Shown one piece after another: positions 50,322 through 62,754 of a stretch of DNA of 64,000 bases. Position 1 is the stretch's first letter. Every line of letters begins with the position of its first letter. The DNA is from Batkoa obscura. Lineage: Eukaryota. The position numbers and the translations under genes are program-made. Below the pieces are notes generated by a model, which had not been told where the DNA came from, did not search any database, and saw only the letters and a program-made list of their open reading frames with translations. The stretch is taken from positions 248,001 through 312,000 of the forward strand of contig JASVEC010000019.1 of NCBI GenBank assembly GCA_030770535.1, in the 5' to 3' direction.

Positions 50322-51806
50322 TCAATTAATCTTCTTCACACTATCTGTTATTAACAAAGTCTCCGGTTTAAAAATATTTCCTTTAAACATACAATTATTC
50401 TCACATGGAGTTATATAATTTCTTACATGTTGAAAGTAATTGTTACAATGTTTAGCATCTCCAACTTTATTTTGAACTTTTAATATATTTTTAATAACAT
50501 CTGAATTTTCACAATGTGGTAATTTATTCACCCCTACTTTTAATTCATTAAAAAACAATTCGATTGGGTTTAAGAATACAGAATATTCAGGTAAAATTAA
50601 TATAAACGAATTGGAGTATCTAATGGCTTCTTTTAGTTCATTAGGGATAACATGAGGATTTGTGCTATTGAATACATACACAATTTGTTTATGTCTATTT
50701 TTGGAATATAAATCCATTATAAATTTATTGAAATCCTCTTGATTATTGGTATTCGTTTTTTTCTTATCAATTATTTTAAATGTTTCAATTTGAAATTGAG
50801 ATATAGCTCCAATATAATTAATACTTTTAGGTGTTGATTCTGGTGTTAATATAATTCTTTGTCCTTCAGATGCAAACTCACCTTGATTAACAGCATGACG
50901 ATTGAAATAGATTTCATCAATGTAAATAAATTCACATGTCATTAATATTTTATATTCTTCAATATATTGTTTTCTTTTTAATATTATATCTTTATCATTC
51001 CATCTATTTCGAATTTGTATTTTTTGTTTATATGTAATATCCAAATTATTTTTAAGTCGACTTATTGTGGATTTAGATATATCAATTTGTTTTGTTAACA
51101 AAAAATCTCTTACTTGTAATAATGTAGTTTCATGATTTCTCGATATATAATCATAGATAAAATCATTTGTTTCTTCATTGACTTTTTTGTTATTCCCATT
51201 TTTTCTTAAATCATCAATACCAATATTATTGGCTATCTTCTTTTTTTTCCTACAAATTCTTGTATGAAATGTATTATAACTTAAACCTAATATTTCAGCA
51301 CCCGTTTTGATTGGTATTTTTCCATCTAAAACACCATTAATGATCATATCATCATTACTTTTTTTAATTAATTTATCTTCACTTGAACATTCTTTCTTTT
51401 TACGTTTTAATAATTTTACTTTTTTTGAACCAAATAAACTATTGAATTCAACCATTTGTTTATTAATGTCAATTATCATTTTTTTTAATTTATTATATCT
51501 TTCTTTGAGTTCTGAATTGGTACTAATTAACTTTAATGTTTCTGTTTTGTTAAGAACATCTTTACTAATTTCGTCATATATCTTTAAATCTCCAATCTCT
51601 ACTTTATTAAATACATGGAATTCATTATTCATATTATTCTGCTCGTTACTTACATTATCATATTGGCTCCTTTCAAAAATATCATCATTCATTATAATTT
51701 GATTAATACTATTGATAGATATATTATTACCTCCCATTATATATTTTGCAAAAGAAATAAAGAAATAAAGAATAAAATTGAAATTATTTTTATACATTTG
51801 AATCAA
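50322..51806 (-). CDS. IS630/Tc1-mariner-like (DDE_3) transposase-derived ORF; start uncertain
   Basis: HTH region (ISKSTISRL), YIDEIYF, VFNSTNPH (canonical DN..H altered) and LPEYSVFLNPIELFF. Confidence 0.75.
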   Translation of the reverse strand: MIQMYKNNFNFILYFFISFAKYIMGGNNISINSINQIIMNDDIFERSQYDNVSNEQNNMNNEFHVFNKVEIGDLKIYDEISKDVLNKTETLKLISTNSELKERYNKLKKMIIDINKQMVEFNSLFGSKKVKLLKRKKKECSSEDKLIKKSNDDMIINGVLDGKIPIKTGAEILGLSYNTFHTRICRKKKKIANNIGIDDLRKNGNNKKVNEETNDFIYDYISRNHETTLLQVRDFLLTKQIDISKSTISRLKNNLDITYKQKIQIRNRWNDKDIILKRKQYIEEYKILMTCEFIYIDEIYFNRHAVNQGEFASEGQRIILTPESTPKSINYIGAISQFQIETFKIIDKKKTNTNNQEDFNKFIMDLYSKNRHKQIVYVFNSTNPHVIPNELKEAIRYSNSFILILPEYSVFLNPIELFFNELKVGVNKLPHCENSDVIKNILKVQNKVGDAKHCNNYFQHVRNYITPCENNCMFKGNIFKPETLLITDSVKKIN

Positions 51807-51945
51807 TAAAAGTATTAAATTAGGTTACGCAATCATTGCATTTAAATGAAACGAATCAGCAATTAAAATTATCATTTACATTTGCTAAAAAATACTAAAT
51901 TCATGAAATTATTATAGGTTTAAATAAAACAAAAACTATTAATAT

Positions 51946-52042
51946 GGGGCTGTTTTTTGGTTTCATAACTTTTTCTATTTTTCAAGCTCTATTTGAGCAG
52001 AGAGATTGTTAGTAAAACTATTAAGCAAAAAAATACATCCCC
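51946..52042. mobile_element. MITE copy (orientation A)
   Basis: GGGGCTGT...ACATCCCC; TSD ATAT/ATAT. Confidence 0.9.
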
Positions 52043-52249
52043 ATATCGACTTATAAAAAAATATTTTTTTGCTTTATTGTATTAAAATAATATTTTAAAT
52101 TTTAAATTTTAGATGCTATATATAAAGTTGTACTGGTTTATGATAATTAGATCAAATTTTAAAAACAATATTGTACATCTCTTTTATAAAGATGAAGTTA
52201 ATAAAAACATAAAATTGAATTGATAAATTCTTTTATACCAATTTTAAAT

Positions 52250-52337
52250 GGAGATGTCTTTTTAAAGATTTTACTGACAATCTTCCACTCAAATAGTGCT
52301 TAAAAATGGAAAAAGTAATAAAACTAAAAACATCCCC
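52250..52337. mobile_element. MITE copy (orientation B, small deletions)
   Basis: GGAGATGT...ACATCCCC; TSD AAAT/AAAT. Confidence 0.85.
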
Positions 52338-52562
52338 AAATATCATAAATAGAAAGTTGATTATTAGAAATATTAAAAACAGTATTGTAACAAAATATTT
52401 TACTATTTTGATTGTTTGGTATTACTATTTTATATTACTATTAAATACATAATTTAAAATTTAAAAATTGTAAGTTATATAAACAAATAATAAACAAATA
52501 GTGACTTAATGTTATTAAATATAGTTAAATATAGTTAAAATAAATATATTCAAATTCCATAT

Positions 52563-52661
52563 GAGAATGTATCTTTGTATTTAAGGATTTTACTAACAAT
52601 TTTTGCAGTCAAATAGTGCTTAAAAGATGGAAAAAGTAATGAAGCCAAAAAAAACATCCCC
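52563..52661. mobile_element. MITE copy (orientation B)
   Basis: GAGAATGTA...ACATCCCC; TSD ATAT/ATAT. Confidence 0.87.
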
Positions 52662-53487
52662 ATATTTCAACTTATTTTTTATTTTTTTACTAATATAAAT
52701 TTAATGCTTAAAGTTAAAACCTTAAACTAATAAACTAGATATAAATTAGTAAGTTTTGGCCTATATAACTAAGATAAACTTAAATTATAAAAAATAACTT
52801 AGAAAAAGAATTGTTATATCAAAAAGTTTTTATAGTTTGCATTGGGGTGTCATGCATAAAAAGTGTATTTAATTCATTAGTGCAATTATCTGAATTTAAT
52901 TAAATCTATCATATAAATTATGATTAAATTGGTTATAAAAGTATAGCTACTATTATGATTATAAAGCTAATAGAGCAATATTTCATATTAATAAGCATCG
53001 TTTTAGAAAATTAACTTAAGCCAGTATTAAAAGTAGAAAAATAAAAGGTAGTTGTATAAATTTAAGCTTCTAATATAATAAAATCTAAGTCTTTAGCTAC
53101 TACTAGAGCTTTTTATAGATGATATCATAAATAAATATTTTATAATGTTAAGTTATAAACATAGGTGGTATTAAACAATAATTTTTTTATTTTTATAAAG
53201 CTTTTAAAAACCACCCTAAAACAATATTTGAGGGATACTTTATTAGTTTCTTTTTTTTGAAGTCATGTGTTGAAAGTTGGTAGAGTACTAATTTAAATAA
53301 AATTGTTCCAAATGGGTCGGTTTGGCATAGTACTTATTAATTGATTATAATATTAAAACTTAATTCTTTTTTTAAGTTTGCTCATAATAAAAACATTATT
53401 GTTTAACTAATAATAAGTTCATAATAAAGGTATCATTTAGTAGTGTAATTCGATTTTAAATATAATTTAATGGTAATAATATTAGGA

Positions 53488-54972
53488 CTACTTTTTAAAG
53501 TAACCTTTGGTTAAAAAATAAACAAACGAAAGTGTACTTAATAAGAGAACACTACAACCCTTTCTAAAATGGGATTTGCGAGCGGATAATACCTCTGAAT
53601 AAGGAATTGAAGTTTGAGAAAGTAAATGCATAACATTAGGTTGAATGATACCGAAAGGCAATAATCGAACTAAAATATTACGAATAATATCAAATACCAT
53701 TCGAATTTCGAATGTTCTTGTATGACGTTCAAGGACATATTGTTGTGATATAATTTGGATAGCTTCGGTTTCTTGTTTTCTTTGTTTGGTAAACATAGCT
53801 GGTGCCTTGGTCCAATCGTCCTTAGTTTGGTCTAATATTTGATTTAATTCGAAAACATCTTCAAAACCACAATTGATCCCTTGGCCAACAGTTGGTACCA
53901 TAGTGTGAGCAGCATCACCAATTATCATAGCAGAAGAGGTAGGATGATGAAATTGAGAATAATAAATCGTTTCAAATCCATGTTTAGGAACGGTCAATTG
54001 CTCGGCTGATTCCTTGGTTTTGTAGGAATCTAAATTTTTCACACCGAATCGCTTTGCAAAATTTTGATACATTACCTCTCCAATATTGGGAAAATTAGCG
54101 ATAAAAAAGCGATATAAATCATTACTATCTTTCATTGTGTGACAGCATTGATACAAATCACTTTGTTTTTGTTTTTGTTTTTGTTTTTCAAGTTGGCACC
54201 ATGGATTAAGTGCAAATCCAAAAGAATCATGATTTGGTAAAATAATAATGTTACCATTGTTAGATCTTGGTTGTACGGTATACATACAATCTTTTTCAAA
54301 TGATAACCCATGCTCAGTAAAATCAGAATGTGAGATGTTTACTGAAATATATGGCTCAACCTCGGATGTACACTGATACTTAATTTCTGGGCATTGATCC
54401 CTTAATGCTTTACCAACCCCAGAGCGAGCACCATCACAACCAATAAGTATATTAAATTCAACTGCTTGATTCTTTCCATTCTCTTCATTAGCATTGTTAT
54501 CTAAAAAATGAACTATTTTATTTTCAAAATCAACATCAATCACTTTTTTTAAATATTCTATTTGAATTTGGTCTTTATAATTTTGTTCAATATAATCTAA
54601 CAATACAACTACTACATCACTCCTTTGAATGGACAATCTTTCTCCACGTATGACTGCCTTCATACCCTTACCAAGATCATCTACTCTAATACAATTGATG
54701 ATTTTTTTGATAATTATACCAGAGTTTATTACCTTATCCTTTAATGTTGAAATTTGAGCAAGTGCATTCAACCCTCTATGGCTCAATGTCAAATTGTAAT
54801 TATGGCTATCTTCTTTTTGGTATCGGATATTTTCAATGGCTCTTTTCTCATACACTTTTATTTGAGGGTATAGCTTGTTTCCATTGGAGTCTTTGCGTTT
54901 TGCTAAATAAATTGCAGTTAATAATCCTACTGGACCAGCTCCAATAATCACTGTTTTTTCGTTAATTGACAT
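53488..54972 (-). CDS. Class A FAD-dependent monooxygenase, kynurenine 3-monooxygenase-like
   Basis: IIGAGPVG, NLTLSHRG, GCDGARS, IIGDAAHTMVPTVGQGINCGFED; C-terminal hydrophobic anchor; intronless. Confidence 0.8.
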   Translation of the reverse strand: MSINEKTVIIGAGPVGLLTAIYLAKRKDSNGNKLYPQIKVYEKRAIENIRYQKEDSHNYNLTLSHRGLNALAQISTLKDKVINSGIIIKKIINCIRVDDLGKGMKAVIRGERLSIQRSDVVVVLLDYIEQNYKDQIQIEYLKKVIDVDFENKIVHFLDNNANEENGKNQAVEFNILIGCDGARSGVGKALRDQCPEIKYQCTSEVEPYISVNISHSDFTEHGLSFEKDCMYTVQPRSNNGNIIILPNHDSFGFALNPWCQLEKQKQKQKQSDLYQCCHTMKDSNDLYRFFIANFPNIGEVMYQNFAKRFGVKNLDSYKTKESAEQLTVPKHGFETIYYSQFHHPTSSAMIIGDAAHTMVPTVGQGINCGFEDVFELNQILDQTKDDWTKAPAMFTKQRKQETEAIQIISQQYVLERHTRTFEIRMVFDIIRNILVRLLPFGIIQPNVMHLLSQTSIPYSEVLSARKSHFRKGCSVLLLSTLSFVYFLTKGYFKK

Positions 54973-56570
54973 ATTGTTATTGCTTCTCTCGTCTTTATTT
55001 TTTGGTTTTGTTACTTTAATTTATATATATAAATTGGAATTTTATCTTTAACGTTTTCTATCTGATTTTATGCTTTTTAAAATGATTTGTTAATATGGAG
55101 AGAACACGTAACCAATTGATATCAAACTAAATAACTATAAATGTCAATTTACAAAATAAACCTGTTGTAGTCTACAGTATTTGCCCAAATTTCAGGAATG
55201 TTGTAATGAGCTAGCAAACAGATTTATTAAATAAATATATCTTAATTGCTAATAAATCAAAAAGTTAATATTGTGTATCACTTTAAAATCATACACTTAT
55301 TGTCATTTGCTATGTATTAAACTTGTAATAGATTGTAACATGTTATATACATTTAAAAGTGTTTTAAATATGTAATTTTACTAAGTTAGCTTCAAATCCC
55401 TTATCAATTTCAAAGATCTTGCTCATCTCCCCAAACTCCCAAACTCGGTTTAATCTTTTTTCTTGTTATAGAAGCAATTGAATATTTAAGATTTGTAACT
55501 AAGGTGCTCTTTATTAACTTTCAAACTTAGATGACTGCCCAATTAAAATACAATCTAAAAGATATTTATTTTTTTAACAATTTTAATGCTATGGCTCTAT
55601 TTAAAATAAGTAAAACTATTTACTGATCATCTCTTATTGAAACACTCTCATTTATTTGGAGTAGAGTTATATAAGGTTAAAATATTTACAAACAGTGAAT
55701 GGTAGTGGTCAAAAATAGTAGGAACCTTTTTACAAATTTTTATTCCTTTTGATAAAGAATTAATTTTTAACATTAAGTGAACAGAAGCTGATTAATTCAT
55801 TAACTAATTAAAAGTTAAACCCTATCCTAACCTCCCTAATTCTAATTCAACCCTAATATTTACTGTATATAGGTTATTTTTCTAAGCTTTTAATCTATTT
55901 GATTGTTTTTGATTACCATTTTTTTTAACTATAGAACAATAAAAATCTGCAAAAGATTTTTACTGTCCTTAAGCATCACCTTACTTTATTCACATTTAAT
56001 GAAGCAAGTAATAATAAAATACTTCTTTTGCATCTAAACGCAATGCATGATGACATTAATCAATTATTTTAATTTATTAGTCTATTAATAATCTTTTAAA
56101 TCGTTATTTTGGTATATTTGATAAATCCTTGTTAATTTATCACATAATCAAAAATGATGGATTATTAAGAATTTAACCTACATAATTTAAAAAATACCTT
56201 CGCTTTTTATGTCTTTATTTGAAACTACATTTTGGCCTTTAGAAATGATACTTCGCAGTATTGGCTATCTTGTAGTTTATAATCAATATTGATAACCAAC
56301 CATAAAGTTATGATCGAAACAGTCACCGTATCGTCAAGGAAATTGATCATAGCTAGGGGTACCATAGAAAAGAAGTAGAAATCAAGAAAACAAACAAAGA
56401 AATAATATAAACAATATCGTCCGTAAACACCTATAAATCCCCCCAAAACAACTTAACATTATCCAATAAATTAAAATTTCAAATCCATAGACTAAGTAAA
56501 TTTTCAACCTCAATAATAAAAAGTATACAAAGTTTATTTATAAAAGCCATCAACCAACCCCATTTATTCA

Positions 56571-57416
56571 TCACTGCCACAAAAAGCAACTAAGCAAACT
56601 AAAATTAACTATGAGTAAGAAATGATTTACATTACAATATGTTGTTCCAGAGATCAAGCTTCCAATATCAAACTCGGGCTCATCATTATTTAATTTATTA
56701 TTAGGCGTTAAAGTTTCTGTATTCACTTTTGTGCTTTTGGTTTCTGTTTCCTCATCCGTACTGGTTGATTCTGTTGTTTTTGTAGGTTCATCATCACTTG
56801 ATGTTTCTCCTGCACTTGATGTTTCTTCAACACTTGTTGGTTCCTCCGTTGGACTAGCTTCTTCTGTTGAATGCTCTTCTTCTGTTTTACTTTCTTCCTC
56901 TTTTTCACCATCAGTTGAAGTTTCACTTGTCTCCTCAGTTTGACTTGTCTTTTCAGTTTGATTTATATCTGTCGGCGTCAATTCAGCATTAACTGGTTCC
57001 GTGATCTTAGAATAAAAACTGGACTGACAGTTTAATAAACAGCCTGACACATCTCCGCCTCCTGCTTGACATGCAACTGAACAATCAATGTGCTCTTGGG
57101 CTAAAAAAGGGGATTAATTTAATTTTTTATATTATCTAACTGAGCGTTAACTTACCTTGCGTCAGTATTCTACCCTGAATACACTGAGTAATGCACAGGA
57201 AGTCGGAATCGCTACATGCGCATCCCAGACCAGCTATTATTTTTATTAATAAAACTTTCAATCAAATTAACTTTTGAAGTTACCTTTAACTAATTTAGAT
57301 AGTTCATTTTTATCAATTTTGTTTACATGTTTATTGATGTTACTCGCTTTTTTCTTGGTGTTACTGGCTTGAATTAGAAATAAAAAATAGAATAAAAGTG
57401 ACAAGTTAATTATCAT
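56571..57416 (-). CDS. Secreted, probably GPI-anchored Cys-domain + S/T/E-rich protein, 3 exons
   Basis: Signal peptide MIINLSLLFYFLFLIQA; CACSDSDFLCITQC / CSVAC..CLLNC; S/T/E stalk; hydrophobic C-terminus. Confidence 0.72.
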
Positions 57417-58196
57417 TTTATTTTTTTAGTAGAATGATTATTTGATTATGAATTTCTGTATTAAATGTTCTTATTCAAGTTTTAAAGGTTATTTCATGTA
57501 AATAAAAATTTGAAAACTAAACTTGATTTAATCTTTTTTCAACCTTTATTTATAACCTCTATTCACTCTTGCTTCTCTTTCTCTCTATTGATAATTAAAT
57601 GCCAACGTATTCACTTGATTAATAATATCAATATCATTGGTGTTATTCTCATTCTCTCATTCAATCCTCACTAAGAGGTTTAAATCTACTAATAAACCCT
57701 TATTATATTCTAAAATTCACACTATTTAATTCAATTCTTTGTTTGAAATGAATTTTTAGAATTTCTCGATTGATGATCAAATATCTCCCATTCAATTCAA
57801 ACTTTAAATGAGTCCCATTTCATTGGTCAGTTTGCTATATGCTGCATTAAAAATTATAGCTAAAGTTACAATTTGGAAAGTGTGAAATGATTGGCTAGCT
57901 GGGCTTAAAAATCTAGACAAGGAAAGTTTAGTAGGAGGTATGGACTAACTAGCCTCCTTTTGGATTTTTAATAATAATATAATAATGAAGGCGCGTATTT
58001 CCTATTCGCTTAATTAAAATACTACACTTATCACACTGTTTTCATCATACATAAAATTACATTCAAGAGATCAAAAGCGGTGCTCAAAATTTGCACTAAA
58101 ACAGAAAATCCAAAATATTCCTATTTCATTGGCTTAAATTCCAATATCATTATAAACCCAATTTTCTATTAACTTTATCTTAACAAGTTCATAATC

Positions 58197-59077
58197 ATGA
58201 ACCCAAACCAAGCTAATTTATATCAGAGACTGAACACAAACAGTAAACCAAAGGTAGCCCAATCTCGAACTAACATTTAATATCATCTAATAACTACGTA
58301 AACTAGGAAGATGAAGGCAATTATTTAAAAACCTGGGTAAAGCAAACGCTGTTACAAACAGATGAATTTGAAAAGATGTTTAAAGAAAAAGTAGAAAATA
58401 AAATAGTGCATCTCAGTGGGATGAGCTTGATTAAAAGTAAAGAGAAGAAGCGAATACTTGCAATAGTTAAAAGGATGAAGAAGGCAAAGCCATTGACGTG
58501 TAAAGAGAAGAGAGAGTCAGGGATCTATGAGATACCAGAGGAAGCTAAAAAGTAAGTTTGAATATAGGAAATAAGAAGTTAAATTTTGATCTTAGCTTTA
58601 AATAGATATGAGTATTTTGTCCCACTGAACAAACTGTGGCAGCAATATGTAGATGAGCTGGTTTGTAATGAGGGGAAGGAAAAAATAAAAAATCAGTTAC
58701 TAAAGATGGATTATCATGGATCAATATTAAAAGGTAAATCAGAGCCTATATATTGGAAATGACAACAGCTTATTATTTATTAGTCATAAGGTCGACGAAT
58801 CCAAGTTTAATTGGGAAACAGGGGATTGTGATTCAAGAAACTAAAAATGTATTTAAGATGATACAAAAGGATGATAAAGTTGTTAGTAAGAAATATATTA
58901 TTTTTTATTTCTTGATTTTGTTTAATCTTTATTTTAGTAATACCAAAAAATAACAGTGAGTTTGAGATTCAAGTTAAATCTTTTAGATATAGAATCATGG
59001 GCTCTAATTTCTGTTATAAGCCATATGAACGAGCAAGTAAAAAGTTCAAACTTAAAAAGAACAATCCATTTTGTTAA
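58197..59077 (+). CDS. POP4: RNase P/MRP subunit POP4 (Rpp29), 5 exons
   Basis: FVPLNKLWQQY, KMDYHG, S.NPSLIGKQGIVIQETKNVF, IPK.NSEF, RASKKFK. Confidence 0.9.
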
Positions 59078-59173
59078 AGTATAGAAGAAAATAAATTTAA
59101 TTTATAAATGATGTTGAATTTTTTTAATTAATTTATTTGTAAAAAAGATCAATTTAGAAAGAACTTATTATTG

Positions 59174-59828
59174 TTATTCTTCAATATGCTTAATAACCTT
59201 GGCTGGATTTCCAGCCACTACTACATTATCTGGTACATCTTTAACTACGACTGATCCTGCTCCAATAGTTACTCCATTTCCAATAGTTACCCCAGGACAG
59301 ATGGTGACATTTCCACCAATCCAACAGTTATTTCCGATCTTAACTGGTTTAGCAAACTCAAACTCGAGTCTTAACTTAGGCTCGATAGGATGGGTAGCTG
59401 TATATATATGTACGTTTGGTGCGATAAAACAGTTATCACCAATGGTTACAGTAGAAACATCTAAAATGATACAGTTGTAATTCATTTGAAAGTTGCTTCC
59501 TAATAAGAAAAATAAGCTATTAGGTCGAGTTAGATAGTAAATCAGCTATTTTCTTACCTACGAATATATTGTATCCATAATCGACCTTAAAGTCAGGTTC
59601 AATAAAAGCGTTGTTGTCTTTGACGCTACCAAAGAGTTGGGATACCATCTTCTTACGTAACTCTATATCCTTAGCTTCAGTAGTATTGTATTTTTTCATC
59701 CATTCGCGTGCTTTGAGGCGATCTTCGCAAAGTTGAGGATCACTAGGTTGGTATGGATACCCCTTGATCATTCTTTCCTTTTCATTCAAGCTATCGAATT
59801 CAGCCTTGTCTTTGATATAGTTTTGCAT
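59174..59828 (-). CDS. Maltose/galactoside O-acetyltransferase (hexapeptide repeat), 2 exons
   Basis: [51 protein letters not shown]; intron 59500-59557. Confidence 0.92.
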
Positions 59829-60416
59829 GTTTGAAATTACTCTGTGTTAGTTTATATCAATTTTTACTTTTTTATTGAGTTTATATAGGTTAGTGATATT
59901 ATGGATTGTTAATTAAACTGTTTGCTTTTGACATTATTTGTGAAATGTGGTACCAATCATTTATTTCCATTTTATAAAGTTATTTATATTTATGATTTCA
60001 ATGCTTTAATATTTTGATAAAAAAATATTTCAAAGGATAGTTAGAAGTCACATTGTCTTATAGCTCTAAATAGAATTAAGAATTCTGGACTATTTTTAGA
60101 TTTGTTAATAAAAGACAAAGCTATCTTTAAAATAGGAGGAAGGAAATAGTAGAGCTATTATTTTGTTCTGATTTTTTTGTTTTAGGTATTTTCTAAAATA
60201 TTATTGACCTTCACACTTGAACAAATTTTTCAGTTTTTAATAATTAAATTTTAGGCTGTATTTAGCACATTAAAACTGAATAAAATCCTGGATACAGGCT
60301 AATCCATCTACCAATAGACCAAGGAATATCAAAGAATAGCCTAAAATCTAAAATAAAGTCAAAAAATATAAAATACTCTCATAATTTTCTTTCTTATTTT
60401 TGTTTTTCATACAAAA

Positions 60417-61501
60417 ATGTTACAATCTATTCCATTTAAGCTACTTGAAACAATGCTCTACGAGTCTGATAAAGATGGTATTATAATAAATTCAATATCG
60501 AACCATTAACTAACATCTTTCAGACATCGAACTCTGGCCATATCATCTAGCTAGATTACAGAAGAGTATTGCTAATTTCCAACTGGGAGTAAAACTTGAT
60601 TTTATTAAACTTCGTCAAGCTGTTGATGCTAAGGTTAAAGAATTTAAATCTCAAGAATCCAATTTAGTCTACTATTCTTTCTATAAAGATGGGCAAGAAG
60701 TAAAAAAAATACTGAGATTTAGAGTAAGTGGAAATAAGTTAAGAAATACAATCAGTTAATACAATACTAATAGATAAGGTTATTACTCTCTCACGATGGC
60801 ACTTATGAAATTCAAGTTGCTAATCAAGAGCCAATGAGTAATGGTGGGATTAATTACACAGCATATTTTTTAAAATTCAATAATATTAAAATAAAATAGA
60901 ACTTGGTAAACTCCCAACAGTCAATGTGAAACTGGATTCTGCTCCAATAGACAAAGATAGTCCATATTTATATTATAAAACCACTTTAAGAGATGTTTAT
61001 AATCAATCTAGAGAAAGGATGGGTAAGTTATATTTAACTAAATGATATATTATTATATTATTAATTTATACCACTTTTATTCATTAGGTATTAATAAACC
61101 AGAGAATGGATTATTTGATGTCATCTTGTATAATCATAATAATGAAATTACCGAAACAAGCATCGCCAATTTGGCTTTAGAAGTGGAAACTAATGGTCAA
61201 AAGAAGTTCATTACACCTAAATTAGAATGCGGTGGGTTAAAAATTTATTCATTTAAGTTTAGTTGATTTATGATTTTGTTATTTAGGGCTACTTATGGGA
61301 ACTAAAAGGGCATATTTATTGGAGAATAACAAAGAGTTCCAAGAAGGGGTAATTGGCAAAGAGCAATTGGTAGAGGCAGTAAAGGTACGGTTTATCTTTT
61401 TTGTTTTTATTTTGTTGATTGAGTGCTTTCTTTAGGATGGTAAACAGCTAATTGGCTTTAATTCGGTACGTGGTGTGTTTAAGATGAATTTAATCATTTA
61501 G
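60417..61501 (+). CDS. ABZ2: 4-amino-4-deoxychorismate lyase / class IV aminotransferase-like, ~6 exons
   Basis: LLETM, HLARL, YYKTTLRDVY, DVILYN..EITETSIAN, TPKLECG/LLMGTKR..LL, FNSVRG. Confidence 0.78.
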
Positions 61502-62479
61502 TAAAGCTATTGTTAAAGTATTTTATTATATTAAAATATTTTTTGCATTTGTAAATAGCTGCTTTTATTTGATTCAAATAAATTTTTGCTTCTAATGTTA
61601 TTTTTTAATTTTTTATAAAATTATTAAACATTGACTAAAAAATCTAAATTATTTTCTGAAATCTAGTAATAATAAAAATCGTAAACATTCTCGTTTAAAC
61701 ATAATTCTAAATTATCCTTATTAAAAAACAGCCCCTTATTACAATTGATAGTATATAGGCCATTTTATGAAATTATATACAATTATTATATATAGCTAAC
61801 TCCTAAGTTCCAGGCTTGAATTTCTTAGGAAGCCTAAATAATTTTTTCAAAATTGCAAATCTTATTAGTATCTAGTTTTAAATTATAAAAATTAGAAAAG
61901 TATTTCTTAATTATGGTTTGTTGTTGTAAACTATTATAACTAGAGCTTTTTGTTATATTTTATATTATATAAAATTTAACAGTCCTTTTTGCCATAGAAT
62001 TTTTGATGAAAATGAATATTGTTTAATAGTTTTTTTGATGGAAAAAGACATATTAACCTAGATGGAATGGAAATCAAACTTGAGTTCCATAAATAGTCAA
62101 ATGAAGTGTGCTCTGTATTTACATGTTGTATTTATATATACTATAAACTGTGAAATTCGATCATTAATGTATTTATGTTTTTTTATTCTAGTTTCTAAAA
62201 ATGATTCAAATTCATTATTGTATTGATAAAATTTACTTTTATTCAAGGGATAAAGAAACAATTCGGTTTCATAAACAAATAAACTTTGATGTAATAAATA
62301 GGATCTTTTAAATAAAGGTAGAGGTAAAGCTTAGTTAAAGAAAAAGAGATAAAGATTAATAGGATCACAATTTTTTTATAAAGAGTGTCTTCCTCATTTA
62401 ACTATTATTACTTAAATTAGTTTAACATTGTACTAATAAATTATATAATCAAGGATTTTTACTATGAGAATTATTAAAA

Positions 62480-62638
62480 ATGAAAATGAATTTCTACTTT
62501 TTAGTTATACTTTTTACTTATATCAACGCATCTCTTGCTTTACCTCAAGACTTTAACCAAGATTCCAACCTTAATGGCGATTATTCTCCGCCATCTACAG
62601 AAATAATTCCATCTAGATATCGTATTGCTTTCAATTGA
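62480..62638 (+). CDS. Small secreted peptide (52 aa), below the ORF-track cutoff
   Basis: MKMNFYFLVILFTYINASLA-LPQDFNQDSNLNGDYSPPSTEIIPSRYRIAFN*; signal-peptide pattern, higher GC than flanks, TATATAA ~38 nt upstream. Confidence 0.55.
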   Translation: MKMNFYFLVILFTYINASLALPQDFNQDSNLNGDYSPPSTEIIPSRYRIAFN

Positions 62639-62754
62639 AAACACATTACTATTTCTATTTCTATTTCTATTTCACAGCATTTATAATTATAGATAAAATT
62701 TATTCATAAATATTTTTTATTAAACGATACACATAGTCAAAACTTTTAACATAT

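Noticed and set aside
49752..52042. Composite transposon formed by MITEs flanking the IS630-like ORF
   Set aside because: Outer flanks differ (ATTT vs ATAT), the right-hand copy has its own TSD, the two copies differ in age, and MITE density makes flanking likely by chance
55817..55857. Telomere-like CCCTAA fragments
   Set aside because: Only two or three degenerate units; no regular array
56235..56262. U3 snoRNA box A-like ATCATTTCTAAAGG on the minus strand
   Set aside because: Downstream boxes B, C and D not found
3482..59480. Antisense/overlapping ORFs (e.g. 864, 3482, 3890, 24298, 30129, 37958, 45225, 47591, 51307, 56731, 59199)
   Set aside because: Shadow frames of real genes or microsatellites, with no independent motifs
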